Shown here: positions 26,603 to 39,523 of the stretch, one piece after another | Layout of the letters: every line of letters starts with the position of its first letter | Numbering within the stretch: the first letter of the stretch is position 1 | NCBI RefSeq assembly: GCF_006345805.1 | Contig: NC_043005.1 | Location: 6,944,001-7,008,000, forward strand | Direction: 5' to 3' | DNA from: Octopus sinensis | Lineage: Eukaryota | Length of the DNA stretch: 64,000 nucleotides | The notes under the pieces: generated by a model | Database searches by the model: none | Seen by the model: the letters and a program-made list of their open reading frames with translations, nothing else | What the model was told of the DNA's origin: nothing | Position numbers and translations under genes: made by a program

Positions 26603-26830
26603 TTAACACTTTAGCATTCAAACCGGCCATACCTGGCCCAAATATTCTACTTATTTTATGCCCAAATTGGCCAGATCCAACCTTTCATACCTATCCCACA
26701 ATGTTATTCTAAAAATAAGCAATCACATTATTGAAATCTTGAAGCTATGAGACAATGCATGGTTGATTCAAAACAAGGTGAATAAATAAGCATTGCATTT
26801 GACAAAATAATCTGAATGCTAAAGGGTTAA
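26603..26830. mobile_element. piggyBac-type MITE
   Basis: TTAA|cactttagcattca ... tgaatgctaaaggg|TTAA terminal inverted repeats. Confidence 0.75.
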
Positions 26831-28271
26831 AATACTTGGAGGCTGGTCAAGTAAAGCAATGAGTTCAGAAAATTCCTTCAAGATATTTCATAAAAACCAT
26901 TTAAAATAATGAAATTTGACTTTTATCACACAAATAAATTAAAGAGTTAAAAAAAAAAAACGTTGAAAGGTGCCACTTTTGAAATGTTTGCATCAGGAAA
27001 CCAGTTCCTCTGTGGCTCCACCTCTAACTTTGTTACTAGTAAGACTATATGTTGTGGGATACAGAGAAGAAAGGTTTTATTCATGCATTCAGCAGCTTGA
27101 ATCAGACATGGATGAATCACTGATGGAAGTGTTTTCAGGATATGACAATATACAGGATACGTACATACAGATGCACACACATACATACATATATACAAAT
27201 GCATACACACACATATACACATACATACACATGCAAAAACACACACACATACATACGTACATGCACGCATGTATAGGCACACACACACACTGACCCACAC
27301 ACACACACACTGACCCACACACACACACTGACCCACACACATGCGCACAAACAAAAAAAAGGGGAACACAGTGTAAATAACGGACAGAGTCAAAAGCTAT
27401 TGAAAAGGTTGCAAAATGCAACAAAATTTTTAGGACAATAAAAATAAGAAAAAAGTGGAAATTTTACCAGTGAGTGTGTTAAATAATAAGGCACAAAAAG
27501 AAAATGACTCTCCCCAGACACAACACAATATAGTTTGTTATTCTTCTATCATCTAATTTTCTTAATAATAGTCTTAAAAACTAAAATACTTAAATCGCTT
27601 TGAACCATAATTAGAACAAAATATTTGTTTATAACATATCTATTAAAATAATTATGTAATATTATTAACTAACACCTGAAGGTATCTTCATATCTAGCCA
27701 TGAGATTGATTATTATAAAACAACGTTTATTAACAGACTAGTTATTAACTCTAAATTCTAATTTTAGGCGCTAAAGAAATTAGAATTTTCAGACTCTGTC
27801 TTTAAGTACCTTTATGTAAATAAAGCTATTTTGGGTCCGTTCTCAAAAGTATGTGTGTATATTAAATGTTTATTTTGAATAATATAAAAAGAATTGATAC
27901 AAAACTCAATTACTTCAGAATAGGAAGTTTCAGAAAATAGTCAAGAAGAAAGTGGTTAAAATAACAATTAGTAATGTACTATAAGTTATAATGATGTACA
28001 ATAAGGTGACAAGACTGATACTTTTCAGTTTATGATGTAAGTACTCTTTCCTTGGTCATTAACTGTTTGTCACACCTCCTCATTTTCAGCTTAGCCATAT
28101 AAAACAACCTAAAAACAAAATCTGCCAAGATATCAAGAGTCTTGAACAGGAAAGAGACAAGTTGCCTACATTATTATTTTGTTTTTTAAGAAACAATTAT
28201 TAAAGAAGGAAAATATAAGTGGTTCCATTAAATGTCTCAGATAAGTTATTGTTAAAAAGATTATTTTTCAG

Positions 28272-28337
28272 GCTATTAACTACGTCTTTACAACTGAAAC
28301 GTTGAAACATTTTTTAAAATATTTACATCAACACAAG
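28272..28337 (+). CDS. Candidate 66-nt phase 0-0 exon (AINYVFTTETLKHFLKYLHQHK), product unknown
   Basis: Acceptor ttatttttcag, donor AAG/gtttga, open frame; no homology recognised. Confidence 0.25.
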
Positions 28338-28641
28338 GTTTGATTTCCAAGTATCATCAGTTGTCTTATTCCTGGATAGGGACATAATACTGAACTGGAT
28401 TAAAACTAGGATCTTTTCTTTGTTTCTAAATTATTTAATATAAAATATAATAGTGAAGGCTATATTTTTACACTAATTAAATTTCTTTTTCATAAAGGCA
28501 GACATATTGAGCTCTGGTTTATTCATAAGGTTATTAACAAGTATTGGATTTCTGTAAGTCATCACTATAGTTTGTTATTGATTAGGGAAATATTCAATAG
28601 TGGTATATAATTTCCTTTTTAGTACCATATATATTCAACTA

Positions 28642-29022
28642 GGCGTAGGAGTGGCTGTGTGGTAAGTAGCTTGCTTACAAACCACATGGTTCCAGGTTCA
28701 GTCCCACTGCGTGGTACCTTGGGCCGACCAAAGCCTTGTGAGTGAATTCAGTAGACGGAAACTGAAAGAAGCCCATCGTATATATGTATATATATATATA
28801 TATGTGTGTGTGTTTGTGTGTCTGTGTTTGTCCCCTCAACATTGCTTGACAACCGATGCTGGTGTGTTTACGTCCCCATAACTTAGCAGTTCGGCAAAAA
28901 GAGACCGATAGAATAAGTACTAGGCTTACAAAGAATAAGTCCTGGGGTCGATTTGCTCGACTAAATGCAGTGCTCCAGCATGGCCACAGTCAAATGACCG
29001 AAACAAGTAAAAGAGTAAAAAG
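28642..29022 (+). mobile_element. SINE family A
   Basis: Head and tail match, with an internal deletion. Confidence 0.9.
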
Positions 29023-29394
29023 TAACTGTTCCTGACTTACTTGCTTTCCTCTCACAAAGACTTTTCAATGTTCCTCTTTACCAACATTTCGGATCCTTCC
29101 CAGTTTTTCTTTATAAAATGTACCATTAAACTGATGGGTTCTTATAATTGCAGTTCTTATCTATCCTCAATAAGATTTGACTTTGGTGAGGAATTTATGA
29201 AATGTAATAATGCAACTGAACACAGTTCTGATGTTATGTGTCACTGATTCTCTGAATTTTGTTAAAAAATATCTTTCAGTGAAGTAGAATGTGCTTGGGA
29301 GTAGTTATGATTATTATATGATGGGTGTTTGTCGTTTAGTCGTGCATTTTTGAAATAACTAATTTCTATTGCATAAGTTGGGTTTTAAGCTGCA

Positions 29395-29910
29395 TAAGAA
29401 GGCATCCGGCTGTAAAACTGTGCCGAAACAGACACTGAAGTCTAGTGCAGGCTCTTGCCTAAGCTGCTCTTGTGAAACTGACCAACCCATGCCAGCATGG
29501 AAGGTGAGCGTTAAATGAAGAAGAAGAAGAAGAAGAAGAAGAAGAAGAAGAAGAAGAAGAAGAAAGAAGAAGAAGAAGAAGAAGAGAAGAAGAAGAAGAA
29601 GAAGAAGAAGAAGAAGAAGAAGAAGAAGAAGAAGAAGAAGAAGAAGAACAACAACAACAACAACAACAACAAGTTGCTATAGGAGAGAATCACAAAACGG
29701 ATTCTTCGAGTCGAGTAACCCAGTAGGAGGCCTAGAAGGAGACCATGAATGAGACAGTTGGATAACATCCATAATCTCAGTTGGTCATGCTTGGGAATCC
29801 AGTTAGAAAGTGTGATGATGGATGCTTCTGACAAGACTCTATGGAGGAGGTAACCGAGAGGATTCCACCCACATGATCCTCCCATGAATGGTGGGTGGAG
29901 AAGATGGATG
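29395..29910 (+). mobile_element. RTE tail, (GAA)n/(CAA)n run and a second RTE 3' fragment
   Basis: gaaggcatccggctgtaaaac...caacccatgccagcatgg..gttaaatgaagaagaa; after the run, RILRVE*PSRRPRRRP*MRQLDNIH...DKTLWRR resembles an RTE C-terminus. Confidence 0.6.
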
Positions 29911-30567
29911 GATATATGGAAGTCAATACATTGGTACAGATTGTGTTTGCCTAAAGTTGTAGAAAGCTAACAACTTCTTTTCTAATACAGTAATGTGAAA
30001 CTGATAGTGAAAGTAGAGTTCAGTGGTAATAAGTTTTTTTATACAATGATGTTCTGAATTTCACTGATGTTCTTTTCACCATTATATCAAGGAATAGTTG
30101 TTGGTTTTTGCTTCCTTAAGTGCTTGAGGTTTATGAGAACCTTGGACAGTCTTTTGATGTTCATAGATTCATAGGCTTCACTCACATTGATTAATTCTTA
30201 AAGTCCTATATCATAGATATCCACATCTGTTGTCAAATCCTAAAGTACATAAAACTTCAGTTCAAATAATGTCGATGTTTGGGGTTCAAAAACTGGCACT
30301 TAACATCCTTCAGTGTGAGAAACAAAATTTAGCTTCATTTTAAAAAGAACTTCCTGAATGTAGCAAGTACTTTTAGTTTTTGCATTTTACAAAGTAAATC
30401 TCTTTGAAATTCTTTGGTTGCTTTTTTAGCATAATGGCAGTTAATTCCTCAAGTGTTGAGTTAAAATCTGGTGATTTATAAATTATTATTTATTCATTAA
30501 TGATCTAATTAGAAAATGAAGGTATAGAGGAGTTGTGTATATATATGTACAAATATATATGTGTGTA

Positions 30568-30597
<30 letters not shown>

Positions 30598-30599
<2 letters not shown>

Positions 30600-31470
30600 C
30601 ACATGGTGCAGTGAATAAATTGTTGTCTAAATTATGCAAAAATGAAAATAATACTGACATCTCATTTTAATAGATATATTTACCACAATTACATAAAAAT
30701 ATCTTGAAATACTTAAGAGTAAATTTATTTAATAAAATCGCTACTGGCTTCAACCATGGTCCTCAGATAACTTCGGAAACTCTTAAAACTCTTTCCAATG
30801 GTCTCCTTGTTTAAGGAGACCATGATCCTTGCCTTCAGTTCATCTTTGGTGTAACAAGGAGTTTTATTGGTCTCTCTGTAACCTTCACATAATAATCAAA
30901 AGGGCTGCAGTCTGGGGGGTTAGGTGTCCAGATGTTAGGGCTGATGTGATCACAGTAAATTGTCTGACAGCCATGACTGGGTTCTCCTGTTGTGTGGCAT
31001 GGTGCATCCTGTTGCCAGACATAGGGTCCTCCAGCAGCCACCCTCTTGACCCAGGGCAGTACTATCTTATCTAGGCACTTTATGTAGGCCACTACGTTTA
31101 GTCTGAGGCCGCGTGGGAAGATGAATGGAGGCATACTGTCGCCATCACTAGTGATCACTCCAAACACATTGATATTGACTGGATGTTTGATTTTTATCAC
31201 TCTTAGCACATGTCCTCAGATTGCACTGTCCACAGATTGACACCCAAATACTCTGAAATGTTCACGTTTGAGCTTCTGGTGTAAATGCCAAGCAGTACAG
31301 CATGTTGTTTCCAAATTTCTAGCAGAGTGGATTGCGTCATAGTGTTGTTTTTCTCACAGACAGTGCCCAACTGACCCTACTATACTGTGTAGTTGACAAA
31401 ATCGAAAACAAACAATGCACAAGCATGAAATTAAAAATAAAATCGTGACAATTACCTATGGCACCCTGTA
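30598..31470 (-). mobile_element. Tc1/mariner (DD37D, maT-like) transposon remnant
   Basis: ORF 30835-31209: VFGVITSDG..MPPFIF...PYVWQQDAPCH...WTPNPPDCSPFDYYV, with 36 residues between the 2nd and 3rd Asp (37 if the usual Ser of DSAP is restored); right end tacagggtgccataggtaattgtcacga next to TA. Confidence 0.85.
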
Positions 31471-31650
31471 TGTATGTATGTATGTATGTATGTATGTATG
31501 TATGTATGTAGTATGTATGTATGTATGCATGTAAGTATGTACATATGTATGTATGTATGTATATATAATAAATATATATATATATATTATATATATATAT
31601 ATATAAATATATAAATAAACATATATATATATATTATATATATATATATT

Positions 31651-31763
<113 letters not shown>

Positions 31764-31820
31764 CTGATCCATGAAGAAATTTCAACAAAAAAAGTACTCG
31801 ATTTGGTAAGAGATAATTAG

Positions 31821-32013
31821 TATTTATTTAAAGGTCACAATACATGTATTAAAACGCTATTAATAGTTTCATATGTTGAGAGAACTCAGACATATTCTTC
31901 AGATGTGAACCACATATCATAATGAACTAAAGGCATGATATGTGGTTTGCACCTGAAGAATATGTTTGAGTTCTTTCAACATATGGAGCTATTAGTAGCA
32001 CTTTAAATAAATA
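31821..32013. mobile_element. Fold-back element with CTGAAGA hammerhead-like cores in both arms
   Basis: tatttatttaaag...catattcttcagatgtgaaccacatatcat / atgatatgtggtttgcacctgaagaatatg...ctttaaataaata. Confidence 0.75.
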
Positions 32014-32052
32014 ATACATGTGTGTATGTATGTGTATCTGTGTGTGTGTATA

Positions 32053-32450
32053 TCTATATATCTATATATATTTAAAGCTGTAGTTGTCTGTGTATTGCAG
32101 GTTCAGTAGCCTTCATCTAACAGTCTCCTCCTAGACCCTGTGGCGCAAGTTGACCAAAATTGAAAGTATGATAGAAGAAGGCTTGCTCTTCCTTCCGTAG
32201 AAGAAAAAATTCAAATTGGACCATGTTAAGACCAAAAATTATTTACATCAAAAAGGTGCTTCTTTTCTATGAAAATCCCTATTTTTTACGATTTTTTGAC
32301 TGCTGTGTCGCCATTTTTTGGTGTATTTCAAGCAGAAAAATGTTCACTTAAAGAGAATAACAAGCTACATAATGCAAAATTTTTACTTTTCAAAAATTCC
32401 ATTTCTAAAGGGTCGAAAGAAACCCGAGCAACGCCGGGCGATACTGCTAT
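32053..32450 (+). mobile_element. Non-autonomous Helitron
   Basis: 5' TC(TA)n start; subterminal hairpin cccg-agcaacgc-cggg (32423-32438) followed by ctat (CTAG variant). Confidence 0.75.
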
Positions 32451-32689
32451 ATATAAAAACACATGTAATCAACTCACTCTCTTGACATGTAGCACAAAAT
32501 GATGCATGTAAAAGTCATATTCTTAATCTACATCAATGATCATTATATGAAACAAACAAATTTCAGTCAAATTCATTCAAATCAGGATTTTTTAGACTGG
32601 ACTAAATGCATTTTGTCCAAATTTCTAGTTTCTAACAGGTTTGTAAGATTCATATAAAGAAAGTACTACAGGAATTTAAGAATTAACCA

Positions 32690-32830
32690 AGCCCTGGATT
32701 TCAGTATTGTACTGATTAGAACTAAGATTTTAGAATAATCCATGCAGATGGTTAACATGTGTACCACCAATGGTGACAATGATGAACCCATAGCCAACCC
32801 TTCTGAAAAAATTTCATTATCAGTTTAGCA
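32690..32830 (-). mobile_element. Penelope-like RT fragment
   Basis: Minus strand EGLAMGSSLSPLVVHM matches the PLE RT motif GxAMGSPLSP. Confidence 0.5.
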
Positions 32831-33036
32831 GCTCATCTGTGTGCAATATAATGATATCCTATTGCGGCAAAGTAATAACTGGTGATAATAATATTAATAA
32901 AAAAATTATAATAATGATAAAGGTAAAAATTACAAAACTACCAACAAGGATGATAATAGCAAAATGACCAAATAAAATATCTAACGATAAAATAGTAACA
33001 TTAATAACAATAATAATGAAAGTAGTAGTAGTGGTG

Positions 33037-33094
<58 letters not shown>

Positions 33095-33339
33095 CAGCAG
33101 CAGCAATTGCAGTAGTAGCAGCAGACATGAAGAAAAAAAAGTTTACACAGATTCCAGTACCCATAACCATGTGGCTATATCAACCCCGACTACAAGATTT
33201 GTTTTGTGCTTAAAGTAAGAAACTGATATAAAAGCAATCATAACCATAACATTTCTAGCTCAGAAAGAGGAAATAACTGACCCAAGTTATTGGATCAATA
33301 AAGTGTATCTCAATTCTAAATAAGTATAGCTGCATGCTT

Positions 33340-33670
33340 TAGAAGCTCTCTTTGCAACTACAGGGTTTTGGGTTCAGTCCCATTGTGCAGCACCTTGGGC
33401 AGGTGTCTTCTGCTTTAGCCCTGCCCTGGGCCAACAAAAGCCTTGTGAGTGGATTTGGTAGATGGAAACTAAAAGATGCCTGTCCTATATATATATGTGT
33501 GTGTGCCTTTGTATTCATATTATATTTGTCCCCTACCACTGTCTGACAGCTCATGTTGGTTTGTTTACATTTAGCAGTTAAGCAAAAGAGACCAATTGAA
33601 AAAAATGTACTAGGCTTAAAATAAGTACTGGAGTCAATTTGTTTACATAAACCCTTCAAAGTGGGGCCCC
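33340..33670 (+). mobile_element. SINE family A, diverged
   Basis: gggttcagtcccattgtgcagcaccttgggcaggtgtcttc...gccttgtgagtggatttgg. Confidence 0.7.
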
Positions 33671-34715
33671 CAGTAAAAAAAAAATGTAAAACAAACTTAG
33701 TATTTGTTTTAAGTTGGTAACAAAACCAGGCAATACACAAAAAGCACAATGGTTTTTCAAGCAGATTAATAATAAATTACCATTTCTAATATCACATACA
33801 CGTATTAAAAAGTTTAGCTTAATAGCAGAGAAAATGAATTGAATATATAATCACAATAAGCAATCCAAAATCTTAAATGCTGTCCTTAAGACTTAACTGC
33901 AAGGATATATTGATAGATAAGAAACAGTGTTGAAAGAAAGAAAGGTGAAAAAAAGAAGATAATTTTAGCTTGTTAGTCAAAATATTATTTCTGTTTTAAT
34001 TCAAGATATTTCTAATTATTATTATAAATAATTGACTGTCTTCTTAAATGTTTCCTATTTTGCTGTATCTGAAAGTTTCCCTGAAATTAATCAAGAGAAC
34101 CAAGAGAACGATAAAAAAGTGCCAAATTTTTAACAAAAAACTTGTAAGTATGAATATATAAGAATTACTCTTAAGAGAAAACGTTATTAAAAAGACAAGT
34201 ATTTTGCATCAAAAGAAGATATTTGGCCAGAAGAGCTATAAGAATTAGTGATGCACAACAAGAATGAGGAGATAACAGAAAGAATAAATGCATGAAAAAT
34301 ATGAATAGTAAATGAAGGTGCATAGAATGAGAATAATGTTGATTCTTGACAGTATATGTTGAACTAATTAACACTCAATAGAAATTGTACAAGGAAAATA
34401 AAAGAATTAATCTATTAGATATTTGATGGTTATCATGATGAATATAAATGGAGAGAGAGCAAAAAGTGAGATGAATAGAGGAATCTAATTACAAAGAAAA
34501 TATCTTCAGTCACTTTTGTTTTGGCTTCAAGATGATATGGCTAGAGAAGAGATTCTGAATAGAAACCATAATGTACACAGCCACTGAGTTTAACAATAGT
34601 TAAAAAACAGGTTCTTTTAAGTATATATGTTAATGAGTAGATATGTTACTTCTTCATTTCAACTTCTTCCTGAAATCAAAACGATAGATTATTTCTTATA
34701 TGTAAAATGTACGCA

Positions 34716-35445
34716 TAGGCGCATGAGTGGCTGTGTGGTAAGTAGCTTGCTTACCAACCACATGGTTCTGGGTTCAGTCCCACTGTGTGGCTCCATGGGC
34801 AAGTGTCTTCTACTATAGCCTTGGGCCGACCAAAGCCTTGTGAGTGGATTTGGTAGACGGAAACTGAAAGAAGCCCGTTGTATCATCATCATCATCATCA
34901 TCATCATCATTTAGCGTCCGTTTTCCATGCTAGCATGGGTTGGACGGTTCAACTGGGGTCTGGGGAGCCCGAAGGCTGCACCAGGCCAGTCAGATCTGGC
35001 AGTGTTTCTACAGCTGGATGCCCTTCCTAACGCCAACCACTCCGAGAGTGTAGTGGGTGATTTTATGTGCCACCGACACAGGTGCCAGACGAGGCTGGCG
35101 AACGGCCACGCTCGGATGGTGTTTTTATGTGCCACCGACACAGGTGCCAGACGAGGCTGGCAGACGGCCACGCTCGGATGGTGTTTTTATGTGCCACCGA
35201 CACAGGTGCCAGATGTATATATATGTATGTGTGTGTTTGTGTGTCTGTGTTTGTCCCCCAAACTATGCTTGACAACCGATGCTGGTGTGTTTACGTCCCC
35301 GTAACTTAGCGGTTTGGCAAAAGAGACTGATAGAGTGAGTACTAGGCTTACAGAGAGTAAGTCCTGGGGGTCGATTTCCTCGACTAAAGGCGATGCTCCA
35401 GCATGGCCACAGTCAAATGACTGAAACAAATAAAAGAGTAAAAGA
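34716..35445 (+). mobile_element. SINE family A split by an RTE 3' end
   Basis: Head 34716-34883, insertion, then tail resumes at atatatgtatgtgtgtg (about 35214). Confidence 0.88.
34884..35213 (-). mobile_element. RTE-LINE 3' end with near-identical 62-bp units
   Basis: Units begin at 35061, 35123, 35185. Confidence 0.88.
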
Positions 35446-35855
35446 GTATATGTGTTTATTGTGTGTGTTTCCATTGCAGTACCCTATAGTGAGTGTGTGC
35501 TTATTGCAGCATCTACTAGGATAGACCAGCTCACTATATAGACTGACTACTGCTCTAAGAATCTCTACCAAGATAACCTGAAGCCACAAAGTACTTAGTT
35601 ACCATGGGTAGCCATATGAAGGCCTGGTAAAAGACTTTATCAGAGTGTAATTGTAACCTGGCAAAAAAGATTAATGTTAAATTACTTTTCATTTCCCAAT
35701 AAAGTTTAAGCAGTTTTAGCAATCTGTATGTGAGATGCAAGTACAACTGCACTAGGCATTTCACATCACCCTACACACGCACACTCACACACACACACAC
35801 ACACACACACATGCACACACACAAGTACACACACATACATAATATATATGGTCTA

Positions 35856-36090
35856 AGGCAGCAGCGAGATGGCAGGAACGTTAGCACGCCAGGCGAAATG
35901 CTTAGCGGTATTTTGTCTGGCTTTACGTTCGGAGTTCAAATTCTGCCGAGGTCGACTTTGCCTTTCATCCTTTCGGGGTCGATAAAATAAGTACCAGTTA
36001 TGCACTGGGGTCGATGTAATCGACTTAATCCGTTTGTCTGTCCTTGTTTGTCCCCTCTATGTTTAGCCCCTTGTGGGCAGTAAAGAAATA
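35856..36090 (+). mobile_element. SINE family B with about 11-bp TSD
   Basis: Flanked on both sides by atatatggtct. Confidence 0.9.
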
Positions 36091-36541
36091 ATATATGGTC
36101 TCGTAAGGCAAATATGTACATGCATGTGCAGGAGTGTGTGAATACAGATAAATGAACTGCATATGGACACATTGGTCAGATTGCAAGTATGTTCTTTGTG
36201 ATGCTCAAGAGCACAAAACATTATGAGACTCAGTTGCTACAAGCTTGGCTATCTCAAGATTTGTAAGGACTTCATTCTCTAGATGTTAAACTGAAATTTT
36301 AGTGGCACTCAGCTTCCTGGAAAGTCATATGGATAACAACAGGTCCTTCTAAGTTGTACATTCCATGATGCTGCTGCAGAAACCATAACCAAAATGCCAA
36401 AACAAAAACCATTAAAATGGATTCAATGTGAACATGAGCACAGTAGGCAGCCTCGTGACTGATATGCACAAGGCCAACGGAGTAACTATGGACAATCTCT
36501 TTTCACGTGTCCTAAAAAAATGTGTGGTGGTGTGTCAGACG

Positions 36542-36958
36542 TATGGCTGTGTGGTAAGCAGCTTGCTAACCAACCACATGGTTCTGGGTTCAGTCCCACT
36601 GCGTGGCACCTTGGGCAAGTGTCTTCTACTATAGCCTCGTGCCAACCAAAGCCTTGTGAGTGGATTTGGTAGACGGAAACTGAAAGAAGCCCGTCGTATA
36701 TATGTATATATATACATGTATGTGTGTGTGTATATGTTTGTGTGTCTGTGTTTGTCCCCTCCCCTAACATTGCTTGACAACCAATGCTGGTGTGTTTATG
36801 TCCCCATAACTTAGCGGTTCGGCAAAAGAGAACGATAGAATAAGTACTAGGCTTACAAAGAATAAGTCCTGGGGTCGATTTACTCAACTAAAGGCGGTTC
36901 TCCAGCATGGCCGCAGTCAAATGACTGAAACAAGTAAAAGAGTAAAAGAGTAAAGAGT
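36542..36958 (+). mobile_element. SINE family A
   Basis: Family A head and tail. Confidence 0.9.
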
Positions 36959-37037
36959 ATATATATGTGTGTGTGCGTATGTATGTATGTGTATGTATGT
37001 GTATGTATGTATGGACATATATATATATATATGTATG

Positions 37038-37079
<42 letters not shown>

Positions 37080-37126
37080 AAAGTGAGATAGGGGTTATGG
37101 TGGTGGTGGTGGTGGTGGTTGTGGTG

Positions 37127-37174
<48 letters not shown>

Positions 37175-37539
37175 AAGTAGCTGATCAAACCATTTAAGAA
37201 GAAAATTTCAAAGTTTTATTATTTTGACAAAGATTTCCATTGATCAGCAATGAATTTCCGTGGGAGGTCATTTGCTGTCACCAGAAAACTTCTTTGATGC
37301 TGATTTCAAAACTGTCTTCATTTTTCCAATAGCACATACAATTTTGAAGATGAAGCTAATTTTTTAAAAATTACATTTAAAATTTACAGGCACTTCCCCG
37401 CACACACACACTAACTGAACATAGACACACATAGGGGTATGCGCATGAGCAAATAAAGACACATACAATAAGAATACAAAATACGAAATGGCTGACCGTT
37501 AGTAAGGAGAGACACACAAATAAGAAAGAAGAAAGCAAA

Positions 37540-37584
37540 GGACCACTGATGAGGTCACAGAAGTGTGATGAAAGAACTCTGGCC
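37540..37584 (+). ncRNA. Minimal type-I hammerhead ribozyme motif with intact core
   Basis: GGACCA CUGAUGA G GUCACA GAAG UGUGAU GAAA G AA C UC UGGCC: stem I CCA/UGG (+GG/CC), 6-bp stem II, CUC triplet. Confidence 0.6.
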
Positions 37585-39462
37585 GAAATAAGATTAAGAT
37601 TAATGTAAAAAATAAATAAAGCTGAAGCAAAGTAACACCAAATATATAGTGTGTGTGTTTTATTGGTTAAACTGGCAACATGACCATTCCTAAATACAAC
37701 ATCTGTTTCAACACATGATTTCACATCAAGAATCTTGCAAAACAAATATACATTTAAAATATTTTGCATTTTGTAGAATATATGCTTAAATCTTAGCTAT
37801 TTTGTCAGCATACTTTTTTAGATATGTTTGTGGTATTTTTACAATTAAAACACAATGATAAAGTATTACATTGGATCTTAGGAAAATAAACCAGATATAC
37901 TTTGTCATATAAGGAACCAAGACAAGCAGTGGCCACCACATCAAATCTGTTCTGCTTGTTCAAATGAATTACATTAAATGGTTGGACAAAAAGAGAGGAT
38001 CATCGTTTTTATCAAAATTATGTTATGGAGAGAATGAAGAAATTAGCATACTAACTTTTATTTTTGTAAAAATGAAATAATTGGGTTTGTCAATTGAAAC
38101 TTGTATTCGTTTTGTAAATATACACAAGTCCAAAAGATCCCAGATACATATCTGAAGAAAATTTCGAGTGAGGTTATTTACTTATGAGACTTGGAGAGCC
38201 AGTCCCTCCCTTGGGTCCATGTTAGGCTCTCTTTCTCCCATGCATTCTCTACATTCAGCAACCTTCCATAGTGTCACTTCTAAACCTCTTCCTTTGCAGA
38301 ATCACTAACTGCAAACAAGCCATCATCAATGCAAATGCACTTCTCCTCTCCAACATCATGATTTTCTCTGATGCACTGTTTTGAAATCTGCACACACACA
38401 CACACACATACACACACACACACACACATTTAGTTGAAGTTTTCTTTTTTGTCTTAGCTATTTATACCTTTTCATATGAACGGATTCTAATTAATACCTA
38501 CAATGTTATACCTGAATTTTAGATTTAGATTATTTTTTTATCTATCTAAATAACAGTGAGCAATTAACCATTGAAATAACTATAAATGAGTATATTTTAA
38601 TTAATTTGGGCATCAATAGTTTTGGGTGAAAAAAAAAACAATGTCGAATTTACTTCAAGAATTAAGAGATTGTTTATTGAGGCCTTGTTTGCGACTATAA
38701 GCCTAATTATTGTCTATTTCCTTTATCAATTTCATTTCAGTCATTTTCTTTATTAATGGTTATTTTGTTTGTTAATGTTTGTAGAGCTTTTTGTTTTCAA
38801 ATTGGAAGCTAAACAGCATTTAAAGTAGAAATATTCATCAGTTGTGGCTGATCATATAAATTGTCACAGTTGATTCTTTCGTTTATATATTTTACTGAGT
38901 AATTTTTATAAAATTTCATTGAGCATTATTCATCATGTTCTTTATGTTCTATTTTTCTGCCTTTAAACTAAAAATTCTTTTAATATGTGTTTATTTTTCT
39001 TTCATAATGATTCAAGGACTTGTTCTCAAGTTGCTGTCTATACAAACATTATACACCAAATTTGATTTGTTTAATAGCATCAAAAACTCTTCACAATAAT
39101 CTTAATTAGATTCACTTCAAGAACTTCAGTTTTTTCCAGATAAAGCAGTATCAGCTACAACATTAACCATAATTTATTGTTCCTTTTGTCATTTTTTAAA
39201 AAATCTATTTTTGTTTCTTTCTTCCTCTCTCTGGCTCTGTTTTTGTCTTTCTGTCTTTGTCTCTCTCTCTCTCTCTCACTCACTCCTCCTCTCTTTACAC
39301 ACACACACACATACACACATATATATATATATGGATATTCTTTTCTGAGTTTCTTTTGATATAATCATGTCAATTCTGTTATATTTTTGTTTCCTTATTA
39401 CGCCCTTTTATTTATTAATTTTTTTTTTATATCAATGTGATTAAACATTGCTGCTTTTACAG

Positions 39463-39523
39463 CCAGCAGCAGCAGCGGCAGTGGCAGCAGGATTTCTTTC
39501 AATTAACATCTTCCCTAACCCAG
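39463..39523 (+). other. Candidate 61-nt exon, coding status unknown
   Basis: Acceptor tgctgcttttacag, donor CAG/gtaaaa; two frames open (QQQQRQWQQDFFQLTSSLTQ or PAAAAAVAAGFLSINIFPNP). Confidence 0.2.

Noticed and set aside
35050-35213. Regular repeats resembling a CRISPR array
   Set aside because: Contiguous tandem units with no unique spacers, eukaryotic context, no cas genes.
36486-36530. GHVKRDCP, resembling the end of a CCHC zinc knuckle
   Set aside because: Only half the motif; upstream is a SINE and the frame stops immediately.
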